Shown: piece by piece, positions 22,630-31,486 of the stretch
Layout: the number at the start of each line of letters is the position of its first letter
Numbering within the stretch: position 1 is the first letter of the stretch
The notes under the pieces: model-generated
Told to the model about the DNA's origin: nothing
Databases searched by the model: none
What the model saw: the letters and a program-made list of their open reading frames with translations, nothing else
Assembly (NCBI GenBank): GCA_964503915.1
Contig: CAZDCH010000003.1
Location: forward strand, 1-32,694
DNA: 32,694 nt
Reading direction: 5' to 3'
Source: an uncultured Thermoplasmatales archaeon
Lineage (GTDB): Archaea > Thermoplasmatota > E2 > UBA202 > JdFR-43
Translations under genes and position numbers: made by a program

Positions 22630-25600
22630 ATGCCACCTATTTCCATAAAAATGATCGAAAATTATCCTAAAATCGAGGAAGAGATTTTAAATTACTGGGA
22701 AAAAAATAGAATATTTGAAAAAAGCGTTGAAAAAAATAGAGGGAGGGAAAAATTTATATTTTTAGAAGGACCACCAACTGCAAATGGATTGCCACATCCT
22801 GGACATGTTTTAACGAGAGCAATGAAGGATGTTATCTTGCGTTATAAAACAATGAGAGGATATTATGTAGAAAGGAGAGCAGGATGGGATACACATGGAC
22901 TACCAGTAGAAATAGAAGTTGAAAAAATGCTTGGCTTGAGAAATAAACAGGAAGTTGAAAAATATGGTATTGAAAGATTTAATGAAGCATGTAAAAAAAG
23001 TGTTTTCAGATATGAAAAAGCGTGGAAGGAAATGACTAGAAGGGTTGGCTTTTGGATCGATATGGAAAATCCATATATTACTTTAGATAATGAATATATC
23101 GAATCTGTATGGTGGTCATTAAAAGAAGCATGGAAAAAAGGATTGCTTTATAGAGGATATAAAGTAACTCCATACTGTCCAAGATGCGGAACAACTCTAT
23201 CATCTCATGAAGTGGCGCAAGGCTATAAAGAAGTTGAAGACCCTTCAATATTTGTTAAATTTAAAATTAAGGGAAAAAATGAATATTTTTTGGCTTGGAC
23301 CACAACTCCATGGACCCTTATTTCAAATGTTGCTCTGGCTGTTCATCCCAATGAATGGTATATAAAAATAGAATATAATGGCGAAAAATTTATATTGGCT
23401 GAAGAAAGAGCAGCTATTTTATTAAAAAATAAAGAATATAGAGAATTGGAGAGATTCAAAGGAAAAGAGTTAGAAGGAATGGAATATGAACCATTGTATA
23501 AATTTATAGAGCCAGGTAAAAAATGTTGGTATGTTATATTGGCAGAATTTGTTACAATGGATGAGGGTACGGGAATAGTTCATATTGCTCCCGCTTTTGG
23601 CGAAGAGGATTATGAAGTTGGTATAAAATATGATTTGCCCATCATACAGCTTGTTGATGGGGAAGGAAAATTTAAAAAGGAGGTAAAGCCATGGGCTGGA
23701 AAATTTGTTAAAGAAGCGGATAATGAAATAATTGAGGATTTAAAAAAGAGGGGGCTATTGATTAGTAAGCAAACTTATAAGCATCAATATCCATTTTGTT
23801 GGAGATGCGATTCGCCTTTGTTATACTATGCTATTGAATCATGGTTTATAGGAATGTCAAAACTTAAAAATGAATTAATCAAAAACAATGAGAAAATAAA
23901 TTGGTATCCAGAACATATAAAATATGGAAGATTTGGGGATTTTATTAAAGAAGCTAGAGACTGGGCATTATCAAGAAAAAGATATTGGGGAACTCCATTA
24001 CCAATATGGATTTGTAAAAAATGTAAAAAAGAAATTTGTATTGGAAGCATTGAGGAATTGAAAGAAAGAGCAATTAATTTTCCAGAAAAATTAGATTTAC
24101 ATCGCCCCTATGTTGATAAAATATTGCTTCAATGTAATTGTGGAGGGGAAATGAGAAGAGTTGAAGAAGTTATAGATGCATGGTATGATTCTGGAGCAGC
24201 TTTTTTTGCACAATGGCATTATCCTTTTGAAAATGAAAAAAAATTTTGGCAAAATTTTCCTGCAGATTTTATATGCGAGGCAATTGACCAAACAAGGGGG
24301 TGGTTTTATTCCTTATTGGCAGTATCAACTTTAATTTTTAACGATATACCATATAAAAATGTTCTAACTCTAGGATTAATTTTAGATGAAAAAGGGCAAA
24401 AAATGTCTAAAAAGGCTCGTAATTATGTTGAACCAAACGAAATATTTGCAAAATATGGGGCAGATGCTTTGAGATGGTACTTGATTTCCTCTTCTCCTCC
24501 ATGGCAGCCTAAAAGGTTTTATGAAAAAGTTGTAAAAGATGCATTGAGCAAATTTTTACTTACTTTTTGGAATGTTTATTCTTTTTATGAAACCTATGCA
24601 TCATTAGACAAATTTGATTATAAAAAAGATTTTGTAGAAATTGATGAAAGATTGCTTCTTGATAAATGGATTATATCTAAGTTGAATAGTTTGATAAAAA
24701 ATGTTATGGAAAAAATGGAAAAATATGAAGTTCACAAAGCAGCTCGCATGATTGAAGAATTTGTTATAAATGATTTGAGTAATTGGTACATAAGAAATTC
24801 TAGAAGAAGATTTTGGATTGAGGAAAAAAACATTGAAAAAATGGCTGGATATTCTACTTTATATGAAGTAATAGTAACTATTTCAAAATTAACTGCTCCA
24901 TTTGTTCCATTTATTTCAGAAAAAATTTATTTGTGCATTACAAAAGATGAAAGCGTTCATTTATGTGATTATCCTAATTATAATGAAAAATTGATTGATA
25001 AAGAATTAGAAGAAAAAATGGAAAAGGTAAGGAAAATAGTAGAGGAAGCAAGAGCTATAAGAGCAAAAAAAGGAATTAAATTGAGATATCCATTAAAAGA
25101 AATAATAATTGTTGGGAGCGAATTAAAAAAATTAAAAAAATTAAAAAATTTTGAGGAAATAATAAAAGAGGAAATAAATGTAAAAAATGTTTTGTTTGAA
25201 GAAAATGAAGAAAAATTTATGGAAAAAATTGCAAAGCCAAATTATTCTAAATTGGGAAAGAAATTTAAGGAAAAAACAGGGGAAGTAGCGAAAATAATTG
25301 AATCAACGCCTGTTGATAAATTAATAGGCAAGAAAATATATGGAAAAAAAATTGAAGAAGAAGATTTTAACGTAGAATTGAAAGAAAAAAAGGGATATGC
25401 GGTTGGGAAAGTAGATGAATATATATTGGCTTTAAATATAATACAAACTCCTGAATTGTTAAAAGAGGGATTTGTAAGAGAAATAATAAGAAGAATACAA
25501 GAAATGAGGAAGGAATTAAAGCTAGAAATGGAAGAAAAAATTAATGTTGAAATTAATATAGAAAAAAAAGAGCTTATGGAATGGGAAAATTATATTAAAA

Positions 25601-25710
25601 ATGAAACAAGGAGTAAAGAAATAATTTATACAAGAGAGCCAAAAGGAAATCTATTAAAAGAATGGAAAATAGGAGATAAGAAAATAAAGATAGGAATAGT
25701 TAAATTTTAA
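22630..25710 (+). CDS. ileS: Isoleucyl-tRNA synthetase
   Basis: PPTANGLPHPGHV (HIGH), GWDTHGLPVE, the editing domain, the Zn-like CWRCDSP and CKKCKK motifs, and GQKMSKKARN (KMSKS). 1026 aa. The true start may be the ATG at 22651. Confidence 0.97.
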   Translation: MPPISIKMIENYPKIEEEILNYWEKNRIFEKSVEKNRGREKFIFLEGPPTANGLPHPGHVLTRAMKDVILRYKTMRGYYVERRAGWDTHGLPVEIEVEKMLGLRNKQEVEKYGIERFNEACKKSVFRYEKAWKEMTRRVGFWIDMENPYITLDNEYIESVWWSLKEAWKKGLLYRGYKVTPYCPRCGTTLSSHEVAQGYKEVEDPSIFVKFKIKGKNEYFLAWTTTPWTLISNVALAVHPNEWYIKIEYNGEKFILAEERAAILLKNKEYRELERFKGKELEGMEYEPLYKFIEPGKKCWYVILAEFVTMDEGTGIVHIAPAFGEEDYEVGIKYDLPIIQLVDGEGKFKKEVKPWAGKFVKEADNEIIEDLKKRGLLISKQTYKHQYPFCWRCDSPLLYYAIESWFIGMSKLKNELIKNNEKINWYPEHIKYGRFGDFIKEARDWALSRKRYWGTPLPIWICKKCKKEICIGSIEELKERAINFPEKLDLHRPYVDKILLQCNCGGEMRRVEEVIDAWYDSGAAFFAQWHYPFENEKKFWQNFPADFICEAIDQTRGWFYSLLAVSTLIFNDIPYKNVLTLGLILDEKGQKMSKKARNYVEPNEIFAKYGADALRWYLISSSPPWQPKRFYEKVVKDALSKFLLTFWNVYSFYETYASLDKFDYKKDFVEIDERLLLDKWIISKLNSLIKNVMEKMEKYEVHKAARMIEEFVINDLSNWYIRNSRRRFWIEEKNIEKMAGYSTLYEVIVTISKLTAPFVPFISEKIYLCITKDESVHLCDYPNYNEKLIDKELEEKMEKVRKIVEEARAIRAKKGIKLRYPLKEIIIVGSELKKLKKLKNFEEIIKEEINVKNVLFEENEEKFMEKIAKPNYSKLGKKFKEKTGEVAKIIESTPVDKLIGKKIYGKKIEEEDFNVELKEKKGYAVGKVDEYILALNIIQTPELLKEGFVREIIRRIQEMRKELKLEMEEKINVEINIEKKELMEWENYIKNETRSKEIIYTREPKGNLLKEWKIGDKKIKIGIVKF

Positions 25711-25717
25711 TTTAAAT

Positions 25718-26650
25718 TTAAATTTTAATTATTCCTTTTTCTGTTATTATTGCATCTATATATTTTGCAGGCGTAATATCAAAAGCAGGATTTTTCACTT
25801 TTTTTGGCTTCCATGGATATATATTTATTATTTCATTTTCATTTCTTTCTTCAATTTCTATTTGATTTCCATTTTCAATATTGCTATCAAAAGTGCTTAG
25901 TGGAGCAGCAACATAAAATGGAATGTTATTTTCTTTAGCTAAAACTGCTTTTTCATATGTTCCTATTTTATTAGCAATATCATAATTTGTTGCTATTCTA
26001 TCTGCTCCAACAATTACTAAATCTATTTCTCCTTTCTGCATTAAATAACCAGCTGCATTATCAGCTATAATAGCATATTCTATTCCTTCTTGTTGCAATT
26101 CCCATGCTGTTAGCAATCCTTGCAAACGTGGCCTTGTTTCATCAACCCATACAAATATGTTTTTATCTTTGGCCATTCTAATAGGAGATAAGGCGGTACC
26201 ATAATCAACGCAAGCTAATGCGCCAGCATTACAATGGGTTAATATTCTATCATTTCTTTTAATCAATTTTTTTCCATATTCTCCTATTTTCCTGCATTTT
26301 TCAATAATATTTTCAACATATTTATTTGCAGCTTTAATTGCATCTTCTCCTTGTTCAATCCTATCGAGCATATAATCAACTGCATAAAATAAATCATGAG
26401 CAGTTGGTCTTGTATTGCGCAGCAATTTGGCAGCTTTTTCTTTATCTTTTGCCATTGCTATGCCATAAGCAGCTGCGCATCCAATAGCTGGGGCTCCTCT
26501 CACAACCATTTCTTTAATTGCATATGATATCTCTTTTTCATTTTTTGCAACGAATATTTCAAGTTTTGCTGGGAGCTTTCTTTGGTCTATTAATTTTAAA
26601 CAACCTTCTTCATACCATAAGCTCCTCATTTCTTTGCCATTCACAAGCAT
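25718..26650 (-). CDS. mtnA: MtnA-like (eIF-2B alpha/beta/delta family) sugar-phosphate isomerase: methylthioribose-1-P / 5-deoxyribose-1-P isomerase candidate
   Basis: LKLIDQRKLP..AIKEMVVRGAPAIGCAAAYG, TRPTAHDLF, DETRPRLQG, VIVGADRIA. GGAGG lies 7 nt upstream of the ATG at 26650. Confidence 0.8.
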   Translation of the reverse strand: MLVNGKEMRSLWYEEGCLKLIDQRKLPAKLEIFVAKNEKEISYAIKEMVVRGAPAIGCAAAYGIAMAKDKEKAAKLLRNTRPTAHDLFYAVDYMLDRIEQGEDAIKAANKYVENIIEKCRKIGEYGKKLIKRNDRILTHCNAGALACVDYGTALSPIRMAKDKNIFVWVDETRPRLQGLLTAWELQQEGIEYAIIADNAAGYLMQKGEIDLVIVGADRIATNYDIANKIGTYEKAVLAKENNIPFYVAAPLSTFDSNIENGNQIEIEERNENEIINIYPWKPKKVKNPAFDITPAKYIDAIITEKGIIKI

Positions 26651-27138
26651 TTCAATTCCTCCAAAGCTTTTTTTAAATCTATTCCAACAGCTACGCTTCC
26701 ATGTTTTTCCAAATTTATTAAATTGGAATTTTTTAAGGCTTTTAAAGCTTCCATAGCAAGTTCTACGCTTCCAGGAGGAGCATATTTTGCTGTAGGGACA
26801 TTTTCATATAGCTTATGAACATGTATTATTGCATTTATATCTGGCTTTCTATATATTAACCAATGCATTGGTGTTTCTATAGAAGGATTTTTTAATCCTA
26901 TTGCCAAAGCAATATTTGTAAATGGATTATAGTCTACAACTTCTACAAAATCTTCATTTTTCAAATTTCCTAAATCAGCATTAGTTGCTGTAATGATCAT
27001 TCTTTTCCCATATCTAATGCTAATATTTCCATATGTTTTTTCAACTAGTTTCTTTTCCTTAATAATTCTTCCAACAGTTTTCATTTCTTCTATTAATGGA
27101 TTTCTTATTTCTTCCCTTGATATAAAGAAAGTTTTCAT
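26641..27138 (-). CDS. Class II aldolase/adducin-family protein (MtnB / Ald2 / FucA-like)
   Basis: YGNISIR, SIETPMHWLIY, AIIHVHK and LEKHGSVAVG are the class II aldolase metal-binding patterns. I prefer the start at 27138 (ATGA overlap with the cupin stop). The track start is 27153. Confidence 0.75.
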   Translation of the reverse strand: MKTFFISREEIRNPLIEEMKTVGRIIKEKKLVEKTYGNISIRYGKRMIITATNADLGNLKNEDFVEVVDYNPFTNIALAIGLKNPSIETPMHWLIYRKPDINAIIHVHKLYENVPTAKYAPPGSVELAMEALKALKNSNLINLEKHGSVAVGIDLKKALEELKCL

Positions 27139-27470
27139 ACTGGTATTAAGCATAAGAATATAAAATCTTCATTGCCAACATTTTTAAATTGATGTATTTC
27201 ATTAGGCTTTACATATGCAAAATATCCCGGTTTTAAAGGATATTCATTTTTATTTTCATCAACTATTGCACCTTCTCCAGCTAAAACAAATATTTCATGT
27301 TCCCAATCATGTTTATGTAATGGAGTATGACCATCTTTTTTTATAACAAATCTTCTCATAGCAAATGTTCTGGCTTTATCTGGAGGAATAAGCCATTGAA
27401 TATAAACATTTTTTGCTCCTTCATTTTTAACTTCTTCCGCTTTTACTTCTTCATGACTTTTAACAAACAT
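27135..27470 (-). CDS. Cupin-domain protein (111 aa)
   Basis: GHTPLHKHDWEHEIFVLAGEG...PNEIHQFKN matches the two cupin motifs (G-x5-H-x-H-x3,4-E and P-x-x-x-H-x3-N). Confidence 0.75.
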   Translation of the reverse strand: MFVKSHEEVKAEEVKNEGAKNVYIQWLIPPDKARTFAMRRFVIKKDGHTPLHKHDWEHEIFVLAGEGAIVDENKNEYPLKPGYFAYVKPNEIHQFKNVGNEDFIFLCLIPV

Positions 27471-27600
27471 AAAACAAAAATGTTATATATTTAAAATAGT
27501 TTGGTATAAATTTTAAAATTTTGCTAACAAAAAATAAACAAAATGCTTGCAAATTGCAAAAAATTTATATACTCCTTTTGTATATAAAATTGGTGATACC

Positions 27601-28068
27601 ATGAGAAAAATAAGAAATATAATAAAAGAAAAGGCGGGCGTAAGCCCAATAATAGCAATAATATTGATGGTAGCAATAACAGTAGTACTTGCAGCAACAA
27701 TCTATGTATGGGTCAGTGGATTTAAAAGCGGAAAGCAATCAGAGAATGCAGCAGTAACGGTAAAAGGGGAGAATGACCAGATACGAGTTATTTTGACCAA
27801 AGGAGGAGATAACTATGATCCCACCAATGGATATGCAAGCAATGACTTCGCTATCTATGTGGATGGTGAGAAAGTAGCTGGAACTGAACCCTCCAATTGG
27901 CTTGTAGGACAAAACATTATTTTAACTTATAATGCTAGCAAATCCCCTAAGTGGGCTATTAGTGGGACAACAGGCTATGGAACATCCATATCATCCCCAA
28001 CTGAGTTTGCAGTAACAGTTGAGATAATGGGCACTGTAGTCTATGATGGAACTGTGATAGTTTCTTAG
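27601..28068 (+). CDS. Archaeal type IV pilin-like protein (class III signal peptide, DUF1628-like N-terminus)
   Basis: I use the ATG at 27601, preceded by GGTGA. MRKIRNIIKEKAGVSPIIAIILMVAITVVLAATIYVWVSG is the class III signal plus hydrophobic helix. There is a TATA-like tttatata at 27564-27571. Confidence 0.75.
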   Translation: MRKIRNIIKEKAGVSPIIAIILMVAITVVLAATIYVWVSGFKSGKQSENAAVTVKGENDQIRVILTKGGDNYDPTNGYASNDFAIYVDGEKVAGTEPSNWLVGQNIILTYNASKSPKWAISGTTGYGTSISSPTEFAVTVEIMGTVVYDGTVIVS

Positions 28069-28108
28069 AAATACTCTGGTAGTCCTGCCCGCCTCCTCTT
28101 CCTTTCAT

Positions 28109-28143
28109 GGGGGTTTGCCTCCGCCCCCATTTCTCTTTTTTTA
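28109..28143 (+). terminator. G/C hairpin followed by a T-run downstream of the pilin gene
   Basis: GGGGG (28109-28113) tttgcctccg CCCCC (28124-28128), then atttctcttttttta. Confidence 0.4.
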
Positions 28144-28146
28144 TTT

Positions 28147-28356
28147 TCAATATCTTGAAATAATCGTTTCCATGCTGTAAAATGGCATTGTTTTAATTAA
28201 AGTATAATTTACTGGTATTGGTGCTAAAAACGATGCATTTCCTTCTACCAATATACAGCCTTTTTTATAGCCTGGTACCATTTCTCCAGTAATAGTTGCT
28301 CCAACAAAAACTACTCCCAAAATAATAAATGTAGTAAATATAGCAAATATTTTCAT
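28147..28356 (-). CDS. Small secreted/membrane protein (69 aa)
   Basis: N-terminal signal-anchor MKIFAIFTTFIILGVVFVGA. Short, with no recognised family. Confidence 0.4.
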   Translation of the reverse strand: MKIFAIFTTFIILGVVFVGATITGEMVPGYKKGCILVEGNASFLAPIPVNYTLIKTMPFYSMETIISRY

Positions 28357-28388
28357 AAAAATTTAAAAGGTATTGATATTTAAAAATT

Positions 28389-28625
28389 GTGATAAAGATA
28401 AAGTTTTTCGGTAAATTGAGAGAGAAATTTGGCCAAGAAATGGTTTTGCCAAAAAGATTCGAAAATATTGAGGATTTATTAAATTTTCTTATACAAAAAG
28501 ATAAAAGTTTAAACGATATAAAAGAACATCTTATTTTTTCAATAAATTATAGATATGCTACAAAAAGAGATAAGATAAATGATGGAGATATCATTACTAT
28601 AATAATAAGTCCGACTGGTGGCTAA
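28389..28625 (+). CDS. MoaD/ThiS-family ubiquitin-like protein (SAMP-like), C-terminal GG
   Basis: GTG start. IKIKFFGKLREKFG...INDGDIITIIISPTGG-stop is the beta-grasp pattern with a terminal di-glycine. Confidence 0.7.
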   Translation: MIKIKFFGKLREKFGQEMVLPKRFENIEDLLNFLIQKDKSLNDIKEHLIFSINYRYATKRDKINDGDIITIIISPTGG

Positions 28626-28653
28626 GTTTAAATAAACCTTTTTTTATAACCCT

Positions 28654-29688
28654 ATGAAAGAGCTTTTAAGAAAGCTCTCAAATTCGTACGGAATTTCTGG
28701 ATATGAGGATGAAATAAGAAATATAATAAAAGAAGAATTAGAAAATTATGTTCACGAAATAAGAATAGATACTCTAGGAAATATAATTGCTATAAAAGAA
28801 GGAAGCGATACATCAGTAATGCTTTCTGCCCATATGGATGAAATTGGTTTAATGGTGAAAAGTATAGATAAAAATGGTTTTATAAGATTTACAAAATTTG
28901 GAGGATGGTATGATGCTGTTCTTTTGAATAGTAGAGTTGTTTTACACACAGGAAAAGGAAAAGTATATGGAGTGATTGGTTCAAAGCCTCCTCATTTGAT
29001 GAAGGATGAGGAAAAAAAGAAAGCAATAAAAGCAGAGGAAATGTTTATTGATATAGGTGCTAAAAATAAGGAAGAAGTAGAAAAAGCGGGCATAAGCATA
29101 GGAACACCAATAACTCTCGATGTTGAAATGAAGGAATTAATAAATGATATTGTAACTGGAAAAGCATTAGATAATAGGGTGGGAATAGTAATGATGATTG
29201 AAGCTATTAAAAATACAAAAAGTAATGCAACAATATATGCTGTTGGAACAGTACAAGAGGAAGTAGGGCTTAAGGGAGCGAGAACATCAGCATATGGTTT
29301 ATCTCCAGATATAGCAATAGTTTGTGAAGTTGCTGTTGCTGGAGATCATCCTGGTATAAAAGAGGAGGAAAGTATTGTTAAATTAGGGAATGGACCAGTC
29401 ATAACTGTTGCAGATGCTAGTGGAAGAGGTATAATAACTCAACATAGAATTTTGAAATGGCTAAAAGAAACTGCAGAAAAGGAAGGAATAAATTATCAAT
29501 TAGAAGTTTCTGAAGGAGGAACAACAGATGCGGCAGTTATTCATATTACAAAAGCCGGCATACCTTGCGGGGTTGTAAGTGTTCCAACTAGATATATGCA
29601 TTCTGGCGTTGAATTGATTAGTTTAAGAGATTTAGAAGAAAGCGTTAGACTAATTGCAAAAGCATTGGAAAATCTAAATAACATATAA
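28654..29688 (+). CDS. M42-family (TET/FrvX-type) aminopeptidase
   Basis: LSNSYGISGYEDEIR, LSAHMDEIGLMV, GKALDNRVG, VGTVQEEVGLKGA, the Y-x-H in PTRYMHS. Confidence 0.9.
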   Translation: MKELLRKLSNSYGISGYEDEIRNIIKEELENYVHEIRIDTLGNIIAIKEGSDTSVMLSAHMDEIGLMVKSIDKNGFIRFTKFGGWYDAVLLNSRVVLHTGKGKVYGVIGSKPPHLMKDEEKKKAIKAEEMFIDIGAKNKEEVEKAGISIGTPITLDVEMKELINDIVTGKALDNRVGIVMMIEAIKNTKSNATIYAVGTVQEEVGLKGARTSAYGLSPDIAIVCEVAVAGDHPGIKEEESIVKLGNGPVITVADASGRGIITQHRILKWLKETAEKEGINYQLEVSEGGTTDAAVIHITKAGIPCGVVSVPTRYMHSGVELISLRDLEESVRLIAKALENLNNI

Positions 29689-30654
29689 ATCCATGCCAAC
29701 CTTTACTTTTGAAGGAGAATAGCTACCGATTTTCCTAACATCTTTAATTTCGATCTCATAACCTAATTTTTTAGCAATTTCTTTTATTTCTTTTGTTCTT
29801 TCACCAATTTTACCCCTATCAATTATTTCATAATAATGTAAAATTTTCCCCTTTTTAATTGCAACTGGTAAAAATTTAAAGCTTTTATGTGGTAAATTCA
29901 TTATTATATGATGAGCTTTTGGTAAATTTTGGACAATTTCTAATGCATCTCCTTCCATTATTTCAATATTATCTATTTTATTTATCTTTACATTTTCCTT
30001 TGCATATTTAATAGCATATGGATTTTTATCTATTGCATAAATTTTTTTTGGTTTTGAATATTTAGCAATAACTAAACTAAATGGAGCAACGCCTGCAAAC
30101 ATATCTATTACTATTTCATTTTTCTTAACTTGCTTTGCTATTCTCATTCTTTCTGTTGATAAACGGGGAGAGAAATAAACTTTTGATATATCCATCTTTA
30201 TTTTTAATCCATACTCAATATGGATCGTTTCTGTCCTATTTTCTCCAGCAATTATTTCAATATCTCTTATCCTAAAATCTTCCTTTACTCCTCTATCTAA
30301 ACACACAACTTTTACATGCTTGTTCGTCTCCATTATTGCATTTGCAATTTCTTTTACATTTTCTTCATTCTTTAACCTTATTACTGCAATATCTCCTATA
30401 ATGTCCATTGAAATTGATTCAATTTTTATTCCCTTTTTTTCCAAAATTTCTTCATAATTTTTTCTCTTAACTTCTTCAAAATTTTCTCTACTGATTCTAC
30501 ATTTTTCAATTGAAATAGCTTTTTTAATTGGAAAATAAACAAATTTTCCATTCCTTTTAACTTTTAAATTTTTTATCAATAAATTCTCCTTTAACAATTT
30601 TTTCCTAATTTTTTCAGCAATATTTTTTGGAGTAATTAAACAAAGGCATTCCAT
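29674..30654 (-). CDS. trm5: tRNA (guanine37-N1)-methyltransferase Trm5/Taw22 family (Met-10+ like)
   Basis: YFSPRLSTERMRIA, VIDMFAGVAPFS (SAM motif), YAIDKNPYA, IIMNLP. Confidence 0.85.
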   Translation of the reverse strand: MECLCLITPKNIAEKIRKKLLKENLLIKNLKVKRNGKFVYFPIKKAISIEKCRISRENFEEVKRKNYEEILEKKGIKIESISMDIIGDIAVIRLKNEENVKEIANAIMETNKHVKVVCLDRGVKEDFRIRDIEIIAGENRTETIHIEYGLKIKMDISKVYFSPRLSTERMRIAKQVKKNEIVIDMFAGVAPFSLVIAKYSKPKKIYAIDKNPYAIKYAKENVKINKIDNIEIMEGDALEIVQNLPKAHHIIMNLPHKSFKFLPVAIKKGKILHYYEIIDRGKIGERTKEIKEIAKKLGYEIEIKDVRKIGSYSPSKVKVGMDLYVI

Positions 30655-30693
30655 CTCTTACATATTTATATTATTTATATCTATTTATTTTAT

Positions 30694-31461
30694 ATGTTGC
30701 TATTCATTGGATTGGGATTATGGAATGAAAAGGATATAACATTGAAAGGACTTGAAGAGGCAAAAAATTGTGATATATTATACGCTGAATTTTATACTAC
30801 TAAACTTGGCATTGAAATAGAAAAAATTGAGAGATTGGTAGGAAAAAAAATTATTGTTTTGGAAAGAGAAGAAATAGAAGATGGTGAAAAAATATTAGAA
30901 GAAGCAAAACATAAAAAAGTTGGCTTACTAGTTGGTGGCGACCCAATGGCAGCGACGACACACGTTGCTTTAAGAATAAAAGCAATTGAAAAAGGGATAA
31001 AAACAAAAATTATACATGGAGTAAGTATAATAACTGCTTCAGCTAGCTTGCTGGGATTGCAAATATATAAATTTGGTAAAGTTGTAAGTATTGCTAGACC
31101 TTATAATAACTATTTTCCCCTTTCTCCTTATGAAGGAATAAAAAATAATTTAAAAATGGGTCTTCATACTTTGCTTCTTTTAGATACTACCGATGGCTAT
31201 ATGAAAGCAAATGAAGCAATGAAAATTTTGCTTGAAATGGAAAATAGGAAAGGAGAAGGAATAATAGATAAGGATATGCTAATTGCTGTTGTTGCGAGAG
31301 TTTCATCCGATGATGCTATTGCAAGAGCAGACTATATGAAAAATTTAATAAAAGAGGATTTTGGAGATACTCCCCATTCCATAATAATACCAGGAAATCT
31401 ACATTTTATGGAAGCAAAGGCTTTGGTTGCGATAGCAGGGGCACCACAAGAGATAATATAA
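30694..31461 (+). CDS. dph5: Diphthine synthase
   Basis: MLLFIGLGLWNEKDITLKGLEEAKNCDILYAEFYT.., VGLLVGGDPMAATTH and HGVSI match the tetrapyrrole-methylase-fold Dph5 pattern. Confidence 0.92.
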   Translation: MLLFIGLGLWNEKDITLKGLEEAKNCDILYAEFYTTKLGIEIEKIERLVGKKIIVLEREEIEDGEKILEEAKHKKVGLLVGGDPMAATTHVALRIKAIEKGIKTKIIHGVSIITASASLLGLQIYKFGKVVSIARPYNNYFPLSPYEGIKNNLKMGLHTLLLLDTTDGYMKANEAMKILLEMENRKGEGIIDKDMLIAVVARVSSDDAIARADYMKNLIKEDFGDTPHSIIIPGNLHFMEAKALVAIAGAPQEII

Positions 31462-31486
31462 AAGATAAAAGATAAAAGATAAAAAG
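31458..31486. repeat. Four tandem copies of the heptamer ATAAAAG between convergent genes
   Basis: ataaaag ataaaag ataaaag ataaaaag. The repeat overlaps the dph5 stop codon. Confidence 0.8.

Noticed and set aside
28109-28128. Resemblance between the host terminator hairpin (gggggtttgcctccgccccc) and the element hairpin at 14783-14803 (ggggtgggctttgcctgcccc)
   Set aside because: The shared tttgcct..cccc string is short. Both are simple G/C-clamp hairpins, so the resemblance is most likely coincidental rather than a repeat family or an att remnant.
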